DNA of 64,000 nucleotides from the NCBI GenBank assembly GCA_963729605.1, contig CAVSNY010000004.1, forward strand, positions 256,001-320,000, in the 5' to 3' direction. Under the pieces are notes generated by a model. The model saw nothing but the letters and a program-made list of their open reading frames with translations. It made no database searches and had not been told where the DNA came from. Position 1 is the first letter of the stretch, and each line of letters begins with the position of its first letter. Of the stretch, positions 62,155 to 64,000 are shown one piece after another. Made by a program: the position numbers and the translations under genes. This DNA comes from an uncultured Gammaproteobacteria bacterium. Its GTDB lineage: Bacteria; Pseudomonadota; Gammaproteobacteria; DRLM01.

Positions 62155-64000
62155 TGTTTAAGCCGATCCAGAAGTCGGTCCGCGCCAAGCTGCTGGTGCT
62201 GATGCTGTCGACGACGCTGGTCGCCCTGATCGTGGCCTTGTTCGTGCTCGCCGTCTACGACGTGCGCAACTACAGCGAGAAATGGGTGAGTGATCTCAGT
62301 ACCCAGGCCGAGATCCTCGGCCGTTCGAGCGCGGCGGCCGTCGCCTTCGACGATCCCAAGACCGCGCACGAAAATCTGAATTTATTGCGGGTGCGGCCGA
62401 TGATCCTCGCCGCCGCGCTCTACGACCCGAGCGGCGGCTTATTCGCGACCTATACCCGCGCCGGCGATGCCGCGAAAGCCTTCCCCGAGTCTCCCTCCGC
62501 AGAGAGCATCACCATCACGGGCAATCAAATCCACTTGTTCAAGAAGATCGTGGAAGGCGATAAGCTCCAGGGTACGGTTTACATCCGGGCCAAATATGAA
62601 TTGCTCGACCGGTTGCTGGATTACCTCGGTATCCTGGCGGTGGTGATGGTGCTGAGCATGCTCGCCGCCCTCTTGATCTGGTCATGGTTGCAGAAAGTCA
62701 TCACCACACCCCTCAAGAACATCACCGACGTCGCCCGCCAGGTGATGGAAAGCCGGGATTTTTCGCTGCGCGTGCACAAGACCACCGACGACGAAATCGG
62801 TTATCTGATGGATGCCTTCAACAACATGCTCGCTGAAATCGGCCGCGGCGCCAATGCGCTGCTGGCCGCCGACCGGATGAAGGATCAATTTCTCGCCACC
62901 CTGGCCCACGAATTGCGCAACCCGCTCGCGCCCATCAGCAATGCCTTGTACCTGCTGGAACAGGGCGGCGACCGGCCCGAAGTGGCGGCCAACGCGCGGC
63001 GGATCATGGCCCGCCAGCTGAAACAACTGGTGCGGCTGGTCGATGATCTGCTCGACGTCTCGCGCATCACCACCGGCAAGCTGGTATTGAAGAAGGAACA
63101 GATCGAACTGCGCAGGGTTATCGACAACGCCGTTGAAATCGCCCGGCCCTTGATCGAAGCGCGCGGTCATCGTCTCACCGTCAAGATTCCCGAGCAGACT
63201 ATCCATCTCAACGGCGATGAAACCCGTCTCGCTCAAGTGTTTTCCAATCTGCTCAACAACGCCGCCAAATACACCGACCTCAATGGCGCCATCGCGGTCG
63301 AAGTCGAGGTCGCGGCGGAGGAGGTCTGGGTCTCGGTGACGGACAACGGCATAGGCATGTCCCAGGAAATTCTGCCGGAGATTTTCGAGATGTTCACCCA
63401 GGCCCATGTTTCGCCCGACCGTACCCAGGCGGGCCTGGGTTTGGGACTGGCCCTCGCCTTGCGGCTGGTGGAGATGCACGGCGGCACCATCCAGGCCTAT
63501 AGCGCCGGGGTCGGGAAGGGCAGCCGTTTCACGGTGCGCTTGCCGCTGCTGCTCGTCCCCGCCTTGACCCCGCCGGAGGCAGTGGCCGGTGATGGCGAGC
63601 CTATGCGGAACACGCAACGGATTTTGGTGGTGGACGATAACCGGGATTTCGCCACGAGTCTGGCGACCATACTCCGCGCCATGGGTCACCATGTCCATGT
63701 CGAACACAACGGTCTGGACGGGCTGCGCGTCGCGGAGACATTCCAGCCGGCGCTCGCCTTCCTCGACCTCGGTCTGCCCGGCATCACCGGTTACGAACTT
63801 GCGCAAGGTCTGCGCACCCAGCCGGGCAATCAGGGACTATTCCTGGTCGCCGTCACCGGTTGGGGGCAAGAGTCCAATAAGCAGCGCGCGACGCAGGCGG
63901 GGTTCGATCACTACATCGTCAAGCCGCTCGACCCGAGGCAGATCGACAGCTTGCTCCAGGCCGCGGCCCGCAAGCGCGCGCCGGTCGCACCCAGCCGGGG
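62154..64000 (+). CDS. Membrane hybrid histidine kinase (periplasmic sensor-HAMP-HisKA-HATPase-REC), runs off window
   Basis: Hand translation: MFKPIQKSVRAKLL..., AAVAFDD, DEIGYL, FLATLAHELRNPL, NLLNNAAKYT, GLGLGL, ILVVDDN, FLDLGLPG. Confidence 0.88.
   Translation, partial: MFKPIQKSVRAKLLVLMLSTTLVALIVALFVLAVYDVRNYSEKWVSDLSTQAEILGRSSAAAVAFDDPKTAHENLNLLRVRPMILAAALYDPSGGLFATYTRAGDAAKAFPESPSAESITITGNQIHLFKKIVEGDKLQGTVYIRAKYELLDRLLDYLGILAVVMVLSMLAALLIWSWLQKVITTPLKNITDVARQVMESRDFSLRVHKTTDDEIGYLMDAFNNMLAEIGRGANALLAADRMKDQFLATLAHELRNPLAPISNALYLLEQGGDRPEVAANARRIMARQLKQLVRLVDDLLDVSRITTGKLVLKKEQIELRRVIDNAVEIARPLIEARGHRLTVKIPEQTIHLNGDETRLAQVFSNLLNNAAKYTDLNGAIAVEVEVAAEEVWVSVTDNGIGMSQEILPEIFEMFTQAHVSPDRTQAGLGLGLALALRLVEMHGGTIQAYSAGVGKGSRFTVRLPLLLVPALTPPEAVAGDGEPMRNTQRILVVDDNRDFATSLATILRAMGHHVHVEHNGLDGLRVAETFQPALAFLDLGLPGITGYELAQGLRTQPGNQGLFLVAVTGWGQESNKQRATQAGFDHYIVKPLDPRQIDSLLQAAARKRAPVAPSR

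Overview
GC-rich proteobacterial (probably gammaproteobacterial) chromosome window with no rRNA, tRNA or cas genes. Left to right: (1) a signalling operon of GAF/PAS histidine kinase, MglA-type small GTPase, second kinase and a receiver-domain-fused PilB/GspE ATPase; (2) a frameshifted SGNH hydrolase, yybP-ykoY riboswitch plus GDT1 exporter, ynfA and ybaL; (3) a MASE1-CHASE-PAS hybrid kinase with a REC-GGDEF cyclase; (4) an iron-uptake block (CDGSH protein, Fur box, hemP, tonB-exbB-exbD, siderophore receptor, piuC), cbpA-cbpM and an orphan DUF4157 protein with a toxin-like C-terminus; (5) cardiolipin synthase, glutaredoxin-like, SDR, DUF1614-prs-deoA with a MITE, Uma2 and Atm1; (6) core fmdB-aspS-nadA followed by an accessory island encoding a desaturase-GH3 fusion and an enolase-superfamily enzyme; (7) two bamD-like genes, rluD, pgeF, ZIP, a 60-61 bp periodic repeat array, ACT-def, HD-GYP and a TBDR-YfiR-kinase operon. 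The most striking observation is that the island's enolase-family gene is broken by an exact 28-bp duplication flanking a 33-bp foreign insert, the geometry of a type I-E Cas1-Cas2 spacer integration outside any CRISPR array. All family calls come from motif recognition by eye; no searches were run.
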